Under the pieces are notes generated by a model that was given only the letters and a program-made list of their open reading frames with translations, ran no database searches and was not told where the DNA came from. The translations under genes and the position numbers were made by a program. This document shows positions 1 through 12,854 of a DNA stretch of 64,000 nucleotides, piece after piece. The stretch is from Amphiscolops sp. MND2022 (lineage: Eukaryota), in assembly GCA_964187785.1 (NCBI GenBank), contig OZ076409.1:97776001-97840000 (forward strand). Reading direction: 5' to 3'. The number at the start of each line of letters is the position of its first letter. The stretch's first letter is position 1.

Positions 1-3000
1 TCACAAGACACAAGCTCCCTTTTTGTACCTAAACATAGATATAACCTTCGTGACCTTCCTTCACGTAAACGTAGTACAGACACTTCAACACTCAATTTTT
101 CGGCTCTTTCTAGCATTTCTGCATTACGACTTGTACGACAACACGCTCAACCATTGTCCTCTGACACACCATCTTCAGAACTCTTTCAATCTCCTTATTT
201 TACTTCTGGTTTTGAAACCGCTTCATTACTCTCATCTAACCCTCAGACTGCATTTTTATCAGGAGACCTTTTCTCACAAGTAGTAATCCCTACTCCTGTT
301 CCTGCACATATTAGACTGCCCGAATACTATACTGCAGAACACTCTAGACCTCAAGATCATATTTACACCAGAATTCCAAAATCTGACTCTTCCTTCTTAC
401 AAGACACAACATTACAAATAGAAAATTATTCTACTCTTAACCAATCAACTCACACTACCTCACAAAAATCAGTTTCTGCAATAAATGTACAACCAAATTT
501 ACCATCTCTCACACACTGTCAACAAATCATACCTTTCTATGATACATCATTTTTTAAGTACAAAAACTATTTTCAAGGTTTCCTTCTTCCAGATGATTAC
601 TCATTAGACATAAAAACTCTTCAACAACAACAATCCCAAGATCCGGTTCTTAGAACTGTTTATTCTTGGTTATTAAACAATGAAAAACCCGAATTTGTAA
701 CACCTCTTATCACTGGTACTCCATTTTTACATGTATATTACAAAAGATTTTCACAACTTTTCATTGACGAATCCACAAATCTTATTAGTCTATATATTAC
801 AAACCCCACTGTTATAAACCAATCCTTTACTCCAAAATTTGTACAAGACACTATTCGTATATGCCTTCCTTTTCGACTGTTCAAAACTGTCTTTAACAAA
901 CTCCATGAACACTCTCATACTGGTATGAAAATCACCTACAATACATTCAAACAATATTACTACAATCCATTCCTTGAAAAATGGCTTCCCATTTTCATAC
1001 ATGATTGTATTGAATGTCAACGAAACAAACACTTTAATATGAAAATTCAAACTGCTCCTACACAATCTTTTTCAGAACATGCTCCATCTTTCAACTATCG
1101 AATTTCAATGGACACTAAAGGACCTATTAATCCTCCTTCTCACAACAAATCCTATATACACGTGATAATTGACGCTTTTAGTCACTTTGTTGTTACAGTA
1201 CCCTTTAAATCAAACAACTAAAACCCCTTCGGATTGGACCATACAAAATTCTTGACAGATTATCAGACGTCACATATGAACTACTTGCACAAGATGGCTC
1301 TACAGTACACGTCCACAGAAATCATTTAATTCCATATTATCCAAAACAACCACTCTTATATCCACACCTACGTAGTTTTATGCGCTTTTCAGACACAACT
1401 CAATTCCAAATTCCACAACCTACCAAATATGCAAATAGTGATTCTTCTCCTTTTAACTCAGACGAATCGTTGTCAGAAGAAGATTCCCAAACATTTGTAA
1501 CGCCATCATCATTAGTACATCCAATCAGAATACACCATCTATAACATCCAATGACAAGTCTTTGACTCCCTCAACCAATGACAACTCCTTATATAGACAT
1601 ATAATTATTACCCCTCACACTAATGTCTCTAGTGACAGATCAAGACACTCATCTAATAACCAAACAACTTCACTTCCTCCTTTAATTGACAGAACCACAA
1701 AAACTACTTATAAACTACGACAACAACCCAAATTAGATTATAGACTTTTTATTACTCCCTCACAACTGTAATCCTACCATTCTATCCGCTGGCTCACTCA
1801 AAACTAGTCACTCCAATTAAATGAAATATAACCCATAACAAGTTATCTCAAAGATAACCTGTTGAAAACACTTCAACAATCCTGGATCCTCCCTCTGATA
1901 TATCTCCATCAGCTCCAAGTATTCCTTCCCCAACTGAATCTTCAGTATCTAGCACTACAAACTCTAGTAATGTAACTCCTACTACTCCTTCTAAAAGACC
2001 AAGATCATACATCTCTGAAACCACCTCTTCCTCACTTCTTCACAGACCACCTATAACTGAAATTCCTATAAACACTCGTCCTCAACAAACTGCTATTAAC
2101 ACTCCTATTATACACATACCAAACCCTGAAAGTGTTGAACAATACGTAACATACAAACATCCTACAGCTATCAAAACTGTTAGACTACAACCTCAACTTA
2201 ATCTTGTACAAATCCCTGATACTGAATATACAAAGCTACCTTCACTAAAATTACCATCAGAACTTAGCACTACTTCTTCAAAACTTTATCCACCATTAAA
2301 ACCCCTTCGAAAACCCTCTACATCACTCTCAAATCTTTTAGACAATAATACTTCAGACTACGCTCCATCACAAGACACAAGCTCCCTTTTTGTACCTAAA
2401 CATAGATATAACCTTCGTGACCTTCCTTCACGTAAACGTAGTACAGACACTTCAACACTCAATTTTTCGGCTCTTTCTAGCATTTCTGCATTACGACTTG
2501 TACGACAACACGCTCAACCATTGTCCTCTGACACACCATCTTCAGAACTCTTTCAATCTCCTTATTTTACTTCTGGTTTTGAAACCGCTTCATTACTCTC
2601 ATCTAACCCTCAGACTGCATTTTTATCAGGAGACCTTTTCTCACAAGTAGTAATCCCTACTCCTGTTCCTGCACATATTAGACTGCCCGAATACTATACT
2701 GCAGAACACTCTAGACCTCAAGATCATATTTACACCAGAATTCCAAAATCTGACTCTTCCTTCTTACAAGACACAACATTACAAATAGAAAATTATTCTA
2801 CTCTTAACCAATCAACTCACACTACCTCACAAAAATCAGTTTCTGCAATAAATGTACAACCAAATTTACCATCTCTCACACACTGTCAACAAATCATACC
2901 TTTCTATGATACATCATTTTTTAAGTACAAAAACTATTTTCAAGGTTTCCTTCTTCCAGATGATTACTCATTAGACATAAAAACTCTTCAACAACAACAA

Positions 3001-3585
3001 TCCCAAGATCCGGTTCTTAGAACTGTTTATTCTTGGTTATTAAACAATGAAAAACCCGAATTTGTAACACCTCTTATCACTGGTACTCCATTTTTACATG
3101 TATATTACAAAAGATTTTCACAACTTTTCATTGACGAATCCACAAATCTTATTAGTCTATATATTACAAACCCCACTGTTATAAACCAATCCTTTACTCC
3201 AAAATTTGTACAAGACACTATTCGTATATGCCTTCCTTTTCGACTGTTCAAAACTGTCTTTAACAAACTCCATGAACACTCTCATACTGGTATGAAAATC
3301 ACCTACAATACATTCAAACAATATTACTACAATCCATTCCTTGAAAAATGGCTTCCCATTTTCATACATGATTGTATTGAATGTCAACGAAACAAACAAT
3401 TTAATATGAAAATTCAAACTGCTCCTACACAATCTTTTTCAGAACATGCTCCATCTTTCAACTATCGAATTTCAATGGACACTAAAGGACCTATTAATCC
3501 TCCTTCTCACAACAAATCCTATATACACGTGATAATTGACGCTTTTAGTCACTTTGTTGTTACAGTACCCTTTAAATCAGACAAC
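1..3585 (+). repeat. Internal direct duplication: 1-1218 is repeated at 2368-3585 (offset 2367)
   Basis: Identical or near-identical ORF translations at 23/2390, 154/2521 and 790/3157. The copies diverge after CCCTTTAAATCA(A/G)ACAAC. Confidence 0.95.
352..1771 (+). pseudogene. Deleted integrase copy: HHCC zinc finger plus first catalytic Asp, joined out of frame to the C-terminal GPY/F domain
   Basis: HEHSHTG...CIEC and SMDTKGP, then from ~1219 LKPLRIGPYKILDRLSDVTYELLAQDGSTVHVHRNHLIPY (GPY/F motif). The D35E part of the core is missing. Confidence 0.8.
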
Positions 3586-4637
3586 GCAAAGACTGCTATC
3601 AAAACTCTCCTACACCATTGGATTATTAAATTTGGACCACCCATATATCTTGTCACTGATCGTGGATCAGAATACGTTAATAAAGAAATGGCACACCTTT
3701 GCACACTTGTGGGAATTCGTCATTCTCCTAGAACAGCTTACTCTCCTTGGACAAACGGCCTTGTTGAAGTACAAAACAGAAATCTTGGTACCCATTTACG
3801 AATGTTCTTACATGACACACCTAAAGATTGGGCATTCCAAGTCCATATGTACGCTTATGCACATAATTCACAACCACTTTCAGAACTCAACATTTCACCT
3901 CACGAAATTGTGTTTCACACCCGACCCAGAATACCCCTTACATTTGATTTAAACCTTAACAGAGACACCTCTAAAACCTGTATTTCACGATATTGCTCTC
4001 AACTTCCAGCACACTCCCATTATGATAAATCAGAGTTAAACCCATTTTTCTATAAAACACTTTCAAAACCCATCCCACATTGGTTTCTCGCTGTAGAAAC
4101 TGCTATGTTACAAATTTATTCTACAGTATACGAAAATATCTTTCTCCTGTTCCTGCACATATTAGACTGCCCGAATACTATACTGCAGAACACTCTAGAC
4201 CTCCAACTCCAAATTTTGCTGACTATCCACTTAGAGTCGATGGTATAACCATCGACGACCCACAAAACGATCCCCAATTTCCAATTCTTGCAGAACGTTT
4301 CATTAACAACAACGACCTCTTATCTCACAAACGCAAAGAAACAGAACTAAAACGCCTTCAGACATCAAATCTAGAACTTAAATTTGAAGTCAAAGTCAAA
4401 TTTCAAGGATTAAATCCACACCCAATATTTCACGTTTCTAAAATAGAACATAAAACCTCTCCTGCTCCTTTTGAAGTAGTACATATTGAATTTGAACGCG
4501 ATCTTAATATACCCACTATCACATATGGCAACATTGTCTTCTGTAACCCATATTCCGGTCTTAAATATACAACATCTTTTCAAACCCTACACAACCTTTT
4601 ACATAACAAATCTAATACTTTATTTACATTTATTTAA
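1858..4637 (+). pseudogene. Ser/Thr/Pro-rich ORF between pol and env (ORF-X), split by the inserted pol duplication (parts 1858-2718 and ~4141-4637)
   Basis: Open frame from 1858 (VENTSTILDPPSDISPSAP...) to ...PVPAHIRLPEYYTAEHSRP. The same peptide resumes at ~4145 and continues PTPNFADYPLRVDG...TLFTFI*. The surviving 5' part has no ATG. Confidence 0.55.
2719..4140 (+). pseudogene. Retroelement integrase (HHCC + DD35E core), truncated before the GPY/F domain
   Basis: HEHSH..CIEC; SMDTKGP; VTDRGSEY followed by exactly 35 residues then the E of NGLVEVQN; YAYAHNS..ISPHEIVF. Confidence 0.9.
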
Positions 4638-7240
4638 CTCTACCTTTTCCATACCCACAACACCCTCTGACACAGAAAACTATCTTCCATCGGATGACCC
4701 GAATATTACAAATCTCATGGTTTCTCATTATGACTGTGCAAAACAACACAATCTGAGACAATTTAACCTACTCAATGTAAAACAATGCACTGAAGCTCCT
4801 TCCGACATTAAGCATGCAAGTGTTAAAGCCCGTGTATATGTCCGAGCAAAAACTAAACGCATCAAAGCTTTCAAATGTGTTGCTTATGCAAAAAAAAGAA
4901 AGGAAAATATGCTTTCAAGGTTCCGTAAAATACCGTCGTGTTGATAGAACCGTATGGAATCATAATACATTACCGCTCCCTGTTACTCTTGATCCAGTAG
5001 AATGTAAAAACATTATAAGACATTTAAATGGTACAAATGATAAAATACTGAATAACCTTCAATACAACAAAACCTTCTTTCTTAGAAGATCATTATTTTC
5101 AAGAACGTTTAGAACAATATCAAACCCCTTTCACTGTATATCAATTGAACAAAATGTATACAGGTACATTTACATTTATGCCTGCTGATAAAAACTGGAT
5201 ATATGGCCCTACTCAAAACCCTTATCATAACTGTCCTGCTCATCATCAATTCGAAGTCAACTTAGTTAGTTGGCGACTAGAAATTTCTGAAGTAGAACTT
5301 ACATATGATGACACATCTAATGACATGATAATCGATGGACATACATTACCCTGCTACTTTGCAGATGGTTTCTGTAAACCCACTACAAAAACTCCTTTTA
5401 CTTTTGTTTGGTTCAAGGATGATTATTGTCTAATTTTTACCTTACAAGACATCAAGACATTATTGGACGTATGACTAAAATTGAAGATAGATATTGGATT
5501 GAAACAGACTCTTTTGTACATTCTCCACATCCAATAAAATCTAAAACAGCTTCTGGTATCAAAAGTACAGAACATCCCTATGTTTATGCTTCTCATACAC
5601 AACATCCAAATAATCCAAGTCTTTCAAGATTTGAAGTTTTTCCTACAGCACAAACCTTTTGTGGTAAACCAGACCCTCTTTATTCTACACAATATTCAGA
5701 CCTTTTTGTTACATACACAGATGGTTTCAATATGCATACAGGACAACCCAATCCTCATTCCATGATTGATGAATATATTTCTGGTAAAATAGTATTGGAC
5801 ACTTCAAATAACAAATTTGTATTCCCTGCATTAAATGTATCAAACAATTTTGCTACCATTGATTATGATGCACATATAAACACCAAAATCGATTATACTA
5901 TTAATCATGTTTTCCGATCAATGACAGTACAAGAACTAAATACTCTTCATACAATATGTGAACTAGAACGAAACCAACTCCTTACAATACTCGCAATGTC
6001 AGTACAAAACCCTAAACTTGCTGGTTTCCCTTTAACCGGTAATAGAAGTAACTTCTTATACGTTGAAGGCTCAACCGCCTGGCTTTACGACTGTCCTCAT
6101 TTTGTATCTCCTTTATACAAAGCAGATAGATGCTTTGACCGTATACACATACATTTTAAGGATACCTTAATGTACGTTGATCCTATTACGAGACAAACTT
6201 ATGATTATGCTACACCAATTACATGTGATAATAATCCACGTAACATTATTGAACTAGATCCTGATTCAGACGATCAAGACTTTTACATTCTTGGACCTGA
6301 ACCTATTAAACGCAAACCTCCACTAATGTTTACACCTTCACAAATCAAAACTACAATACGCCCGAATACTTTTACAGCCCAAGATGCTGGTAGATATTCA
6401 AATGCAGAACTTGATCAATTTTGGAACCGTATTTTATTTTCTAAACATTCTGACTCTACACTCCAATTACTAGGCAAAGCTCTTAGTTATTCCTTCATTT
6501 CGTCTAATACTCCAAATTACGATGCAGATTCCCCTCAAAACTCTGGTAATCCTTACAATACATTACGTATAGGACTCCATGATAAACTCTTGAATTTAAC
6601 TCCTCTTTTTACACCTACATGGTTTTCAGATGCTTTTATTGCACTTTTTGGATACCCTTGTTACATTCTCACACAATGTGGTATATACTTTTCTACATTT
6701 CTTTTCGTACAAGCTACTCTTACACTCATTGTCAAACTTTACAAAACAATATCTATTAAATATAATCTCAAAAATAATATTACTTTATTTAGTTCTATAG
6801 GACATGGTTTTTTTAATGTTCTTACAGCACGAATGGTCAGTGACTTCCATGAGACCCAAAACAAAAAATCCAAAAGTACACTTTTAAAATCCAAATCTTT
6901 AGATAATTTTATTGACACTTCTCCAAATCTAATTAACCATTCTACAGATGTTACTTCCCCTCCACCTTTCTACACTAAACGTCCTAACAAAATTCAATTT
7001 CTTAAATTTAACTTGTTTCCGAAACGACACCACAATTCTCACCATAAAACGGCTCCACTTCCTTTCTCTCCTGTTCAACATCCTCCACTTCCTAATTATA
7101 CTCATAAAAACTTTCACTCGAACGACAATCTAACTATTCAACATGACATTTTAATTAACAATCCTGTCACTTCTACTACGGATACACCAATTAAAATCTA
7201 TTCGCGGATAAACTATCCTTTCCCTCCTCCATCTTCTTGA
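4525..7240 (+). pseudogene. Envelope-like class III fusion glycoprotein (chuvirus/herpes gB-like), with three frameshifts
   Basis: Signal-like FYITNLILYLHLF; SHYDC...LLNVKQC; CELERNQL...QNP..AG..LTG...GSTAWLYDC...RCFDRI....YVDPITR....ITC pattern; C-terminal hydrophobic TM (IALFGYPCYIL..GIYFSTFLFVQATLTLIV) and a cytoplasmic tail. Frameshifts at ~4895, ~5082 and ~5453. Confidence 0.8.
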
Positions 7241-7503
7241 ACACTCTCTCAGTTTTTCTGTAACTCTCTTTCAGTACACTTGCTTACTATCTCTTCACAA
7301 TTGCTACTCCTCCACCGCTCGAAACTCTTGCAGAAGTTCATCTTCCTCAGTCCAACAATACTTCTCTAAAAATACCCGTCTTCAAAAACTCTTCAACTAA
7401 AGTTGATAAATCCACTCGTTAGTGTAATTTATAGTATTTTCACTTTAAAGTGCTAAGGCCTCTTGAAATAGATAACACTGTGATTGTTGATGTTTTTAAA
7501 ACA

Positions 7504-8832
7504 ATGACACAAGCACAAATTGACCTACAAACACAGCTTGAACAAGCAACCCCAACAGATCTTATAACTAGACCTCTTTCAAATGATTCTCCTGTTCTCT
7601 ATATTGAGACTTCAGAACAAACACCTCCAACTTTTCTTGAACCAATGGAACACACAAAAGTTGAAAACGAAAATTCAAAACCTACTCCTCCACAAGATGA
7701 TACTGATCATACACAATCGACACCACCTCCTCCAAAAAAACGATATGAAATTATGAAAGATCCAATCTTTCTTTCATCACCAATATATCCTCCTTCAATA
7801 CCTTCAAAAATTTCACTTTGCACGAACCGCGACGATCATTTGATCTCAATTCTTTCTACTGACGATTTCGTCTTCAAAGCACAGCTAACTTCTCTATACA
7901 TGCATCCTACTGACTATTCATTTCGCTTATATGACAAAAATCAAGACTTCTTCACATCCATTGCTTCCAAAATAATGGGTCCATACCAATATTGGCTCGA
8001 GAATGGAGTTAAAGTTTTCTCTCTTCAATTCAATTTTTTTCGACCATCTATATACGATCTCAAAACAGATGAATCTGATCCATCTTTTCTCTCTATAGCA
8101 CAAAAAGCTACTCATCATCAGACATATACTGAATTCCTACAGTACACGAAACCACAAAATCACATTTTTGTCAATTACAAATGTACATCACCGTTCACAA
8201 TGACAAATATGTACACTCTGGACCACTCCTGTATAACAGGCTACCTTCGAAACTATGACCCTATAAAACAATACTTCTGTTTGCTTCCATACAACAATAC
8301 TTCACGCCCACTTATGGTACCTCAAGAATATCTAATACATTACGATGATTTTGTGTTGCCTTGCAACATTCCTACTCAAATTGCCAAACCTCTTACTGTT
8401 ATTAAACACCTAGTATCTTCTCCACATGACGATAAAGATAGAACGTACTATACAGCACTCTACAAGCAAACGTGTTCCTTCAACGAACTTCTCTTTATCT
8501 CTGCCAAAACTATCTCTTTCATGGAACAAGCTGAACAAAAAACTGAACATAAATCACACGCTTCACCTATGAAAAACGCTCCTGACAAACTTTCCTCTGT
8601 ATTAAACAACCGAACACTTCGCGACATAACAAATTTACTTGAACCCTATAAACGAAACTCCTCTGAAACACCTATCACAACACTCACACATATACTACAC
8701 TGCTACGACAGAACACACAAACTCCTTCAGACACTCGATTTAGACTCTCAACGCATCACTCAATCATCCCAAGCAATCCAATCTGCTTTGGAAACTATAA
8801 CTACTCTTTTTAACTCAACTAATCTTCATTAA
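7504..8832 (+). CDS. Uncharacterised accessory ORF downstream of env (ORF-Y, ~440 aa)
   Basis: Uninterrupted 1.3-kb ORF in AT-rich DNA on the element strand. No domain recognised. Confidence 0.65.
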   Translation: MTQAQIDLQTQLEQATPTDLITRPLSNDSPVLYIETSEQTPPTFLEPMEHTKVENENSKPTPPQDDTDHTQSTPPPPKKRYEIMKDPIFLSSPIYPPSIPSKISLCTNRDDHLISILSTDDFVFKAQLTSLYMHPTDYSFRLYDKNQDFFTSIASKIMGPYQYWLENGVKVFSLQFNFFRPSIYDLKTDESDPSFLSIAQKATHHQTYTEFLQYTKPQNHIFVNYKCTSPFTMTNMYTLDHSCITGYLRNYDPIKQYFCLLPYNNTSRPLMVPQEYLIHYDDFVLPCNIPTQIAKPLTVIKHLVSSPHDDKDRTYYTALYKQTCSFNELLFISAKTISFMEQAEQKTEHKSHASPMKNAPDKLSSVLNNRTLRDITNLLEPYKRNSSETPITTLTHILHCYDRTHKLLQTLDLDSQRITQSSQAIQSALETITTLFNSTNLH

Positions 8833-9250
8833 ACTCTTCTACAGGTAATATAAAGTTCCTAATTTTTCTTCTCTGGTACACTCTATGATACATCTGTGGC
8901 ACATTATAAAAGGTATTTTCATTTTTACCTACTTATTTAAAATAAATCCTTGCTTTTGAATGAAATCTCAGGACTATTTTTAAAGTACACTAATTTTTCC
9001 TACAGTACATGTCAAAAAGGCTAACTATTTTTATCAAAAAACTACAATACAAGACATACAAGACAATATAACACAACACTACATATGATACATTATAGCA
9101 CCCAATTTTGTTGTACATCTTTGACTTGATATTGTCATTCTTCTTACACTTCCTTTGTTTTAGAAACATCCATTCTTCTTCCTCCTCCTTCCATCCTCTT
9201 TCAGAACATCTCCACTTCTCCTTTTTCATCTTCTACAGGACTCTCTCGCC

Positions 9251-9701
9251 ATGGCCCCCAACGCTGAAATAGAAGATATAATAACAATGACTTCCAGTCA
9301 CTCAAAAGTTCATAGCTTAAAAGCAGCTATTTTTCACACAATGGCCTACAAACTTTCACTGGAGATCAACAACAATAAAATAACGCCAAAATCTCTTTTA
9401 GCCTTTCTGAAAGTCTTATATAATGTCGCCCAAATCAAAAAGAAACATCATATTTGAACAATATTCAAGGATTCATGATGCCGGACCAAAAATTGCCATT
9501 TGTGAAACGGCTTCTAACGTCGTTTTTGTGTTAAACTCGGCGTTCACGTCTAAAGACCAATATTTTCAAGCTGCCCTACACGAAGCCACAAACGCATTTA
9601 ACGAGATGCTTCATAGTTTTGGATATACCCAGAAACTACAACACTATGACCCTCATCAACATCAGGCACACCCACCTCAACAACATCCTCTCTACAACTA
9701 A
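9251..9701 (+). pseudogene. Small accessory ORF (ORF-Z, ~150 aa, one frameshift near 9445)
   Basis: GCCATGG start just after a pyrimidine tract and TACAG (9238). Overlapping ORFs 9251-9457 and 9423-9701 join across an A-run. Confidence 0.45.
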
Positions 9702-9908
9702 AACAATATTCTACTTACTTTTATCACTCTTCAACTCCATCTCTTCTTGAATCCATCATTCTTCTTCAATGATGTTTGAGATGTAGCTGTCGATCACTCC
9801 TTCAAAGAACTCCTACACATGCTGAAACTCTTCACTCCACCCACACACGATGGTCAACAACATCCATCTACACTTTGGGTTCATCGACGTTGCCAAAATT
9901 TGTCCTCG

Positions 9909-9995
9909 TGACTGGTCTTCACACTCCACGATGACTTCTTGACTGGTCTTCACACCTCCAATGCTGACTTCTTGACTGGTCTTCAAACTCTAATG
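9909..9995 (+). repeat. Three ~32-bp tandem units (TGACTGGTCTTCA...)
   Basis: TGACTGGTCTTCA occurs three times at 32-33-bp spacing. Confidence 0.8.
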
Positions 9996-11248
9996 GACTA
10001 TACTCCACTCCAAATTTCAAACATTATAATCAAAACTTGACTCAATTTTCAAACTGAACTGTATAATCACTTTTAACCAATATAACCTGTAACTTAATTT
10101 AATCAAATTATAACTTTAATACAGTGTAATGCTATATACCCTTACCTAATCTTTAGTGCTATATACTCTTATCTAATCTTAATCTTCTGTAATCGCATTA
10201 TAATTACCCCATTATTGCAAAATCCCTTCAAAATTCTACCGATAATTATCTTTGTAACCACAATATTATCTGCTCCTATTGTCTTGTGTATAGTACATTG
10301 ACTCAATCTTATCTAATTATGTTGTTACATCTATAATACACTTCAAAAATATATCTCCAATACCCATCTTTTACAGAACACAAGTCCTACCTACAGTACA
10401 AGAAATTTTCAAAGATTTTTGGACAAAAATTTCTTTCTTTTACAAAACATGTTCAACACCTTTGTTTTATTCCCCAAAAAGCATTCCCAAAAACTTTCCA
10501 AATTTTTCTTTAGAACTCTTAAAAAATGTCACTTCTAGTTTTCCAATGTTTGAAACTTGAAATAGCCAAAGTTTTTTTTCAACTTTTGCTTCTGCTCTAC
10601 TCTTTACTTTTGTTGAAAATGAACTCTCACTAGAACCTTGACTTTTCGAAACTTCTTCACTTTTGGTTCACATACCCGCCAATGTTGGTTCACAACTCAT
10701 TGACAACTTCACGCTTTAATTCTTCAACTTGAAAAGTTTTCAATGCTGAATAACTCATGTCGATGCAAGAATTTTTTCAAACAAGCCGATGGCTGATACG
10801 AAAAAAGAAACATGAAATGATAAATAGTTGTCAACAATAACTTCAAAGAACTTGTCAGTCAAAGAAACTGAAAGAACTTGAACCTTGCTTGAACCTTTTT
10901 GCACCAATTGAATCGTCTAGGTTGTTCCCACTCCTTAAGTATGGTACTCTACAAAACGAAACTCATGCAACTCTAGTACAACACATATGAAACAAACCCA
11001 TGCATATAACAAAAACTTCTAGAACTCCTCAAACCCAAAGTGCATATATGTAATTTTATTTTTAAATTCCCGGTTGATTGTGATGCCATGATGCATGTCC
11101 TCAAAGATTCTATAAATTTGAAATACTCTGAACTCTTAACCAAAGCAATTAGTAAATGTAATCTAATTTAGAAGCTAAGAAACTTCATTTAATATATCCT
11201 GTATCAAGCTCCCCTGATTCATCCTGTTGCTGTCACATTGTTAATTGA

Positions 11249-11440
11249 TGTAACCTACCCTAGTTAATAGAATATATCTACTCGGAGAAATTGAGAATTC
11301 ATCCTAACAATCGGTCTTCCTCCCATACTTCAAGAACTGAGATCTCAGAAATAAATTGTACTCAGAACTAGCTAGCTACAAGATATAAGATAAGACGACT
11401 CCGCTGTTAAAATCTTAGACTTCTTATGTCAGTACTAACA
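11249..11440 (+). mobile_element. Putative short 3' LTR of the env-bearing element
   Basis: TGTAA...TAACA termini with AATAAA near 11349. No clear PPT, and the partner LTR is outside the window. Confidence 0.35.
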
Positions 11441-12070
11441 CTTCTAAAAGAAACCACCATACAACTTTTTAACAGCTCAAAAATCCGAAGGGGGGACTCT
11501 TTTGAAAAATTAAAAATTTTCGAAAAAAAATTCGCACAGTGCCGAAAAAAAATTGAAAGGGGGGACCCTTTGGAGTCTTCCGGTTTTGTAGGTTACGTAA
11601 AAAAGGTAAAAAACGAAAGGGGGACCCTTTGCAGTAAGTTTGCATTGGTCGAACTGGCCTGAGTGAACTTATCAGTTTCTGTAAAAAGTGGTACATACGC
11701 GATGAGCTCTGTGGTCTGACGAAAAAAAAAACTAGCCACTGTAATAGTCGGGCTTTTTTCCCTAAAGGAAAATGCGCCGACTAAAAACTAGCCACTGTAA
11801 TAGAAAAGCGCCTTCTAAAAATATAAATTCATCATCGGAGGTGCCATGATTTTATCCTAATCAAAACACAATTTTTCTGCTAACAGTATAAACATAATAT
11901 ACAAATTATAACAATTACCAACTTCCCTCTTTCAAGTAAAGTTGACATATTTTTGATTAGAATCAAAAAGATCAAATAACCTCTTTGATTAGTATCAGAT
12001 TAAAATCAATGATTATAATAATCAGCTTGATTGAAATCTAGATGCCAACCCTGTAGGAGTGTGAACTAAC

Positions 12071-12175
12071 CCACGATAAGACCCAGCATAGTGGCAGTGA
12101 CCCTTTGTTCATGCACTCTCACAATGCGAGGGGCCTGCCCTGGGGCGTTCATCTGCGAATAGATGGTCAGTGCCA
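12071..12175 (-). CDS. SLC4-family transporter exon (TM11 region)
   Basis: tttcag|(V)ALTIYSQMNAPGQAPRIVRVHEQRVTATMLGLIV(G)|gttagt. SLC4 'V.EQRV' motif; phase matches the upstream exon. Confidence 0.9.
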
Positions 12176-12854
12176 CTGAAACACACACCCCACCCACCCA
12201 CACATTACTATTTGGTATTTTTTAAATAACTAAATTAATTTGTTCAATAATTAACCCCAATCGACCTGGGCGTTTTTTAAATTTTTCGAAAAATTTTCCA
12301 AAAAAATTTCAATCATCAATATCTCCACAACTACGCGTACCAGAGGAACGAACTATAGCTCGTTTGAAAGGTCTGATATTGGGCTTTCATTTTAGTCAGG
12401 TGAGCCCCTGTCGCCGCGCGCCCCTTCCTTCATAATTTTAGTCTCTTTTTCCGGTACCGCTGCTTCGCGGCAGTTCCGCACTTCGTGCGACCCGCTACGC
12501 GGGGGCTCGTAGTAACAACAGAATATTATAGGGGTTTGTTGCACCAGGACTTGTCGTGGAAGGGTATGTGGTTGGTTTTTTCTATTGATCAAAGACTTTT
12601 GAGAAAACAGGATTTCGTCAAAATCTGAATTTTGAAAAAATATAACTCTTTTTTTTTGTGCAAAAAAACCCATTTTTCTCAGCTTTGGAGATATATTCCC
12701 TTTTTCTAATGCTTGTGCCATTCAATTCAATCTAGGTACCAATTACTTGTTGAAAAAAACTGTGCTAGAGAAAATGGGCTACTGGCAAAAGGAATCAGAA
12801 TTTGGAAAAAAAGGTAGGCTGCTTTAAAGCATCACTAGGTTCATTGGCTTAAGA

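Larger units (their letters stand above)
1..11440 (+). mobile_element. 3' part of a rearranged env-bearing (retrovirus-like) Ty3/Gypsy-type LTR element, running off the left edge
   Basis: Integrase, S/T/P-rich ORF, env-like ORF and accessory ORFs all lie on + in uniformly A/C-rich, G-poor sequence. It ends at ...TACTAACA (11440), where composition switches to host-type repeats. Confidence 0.8.
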
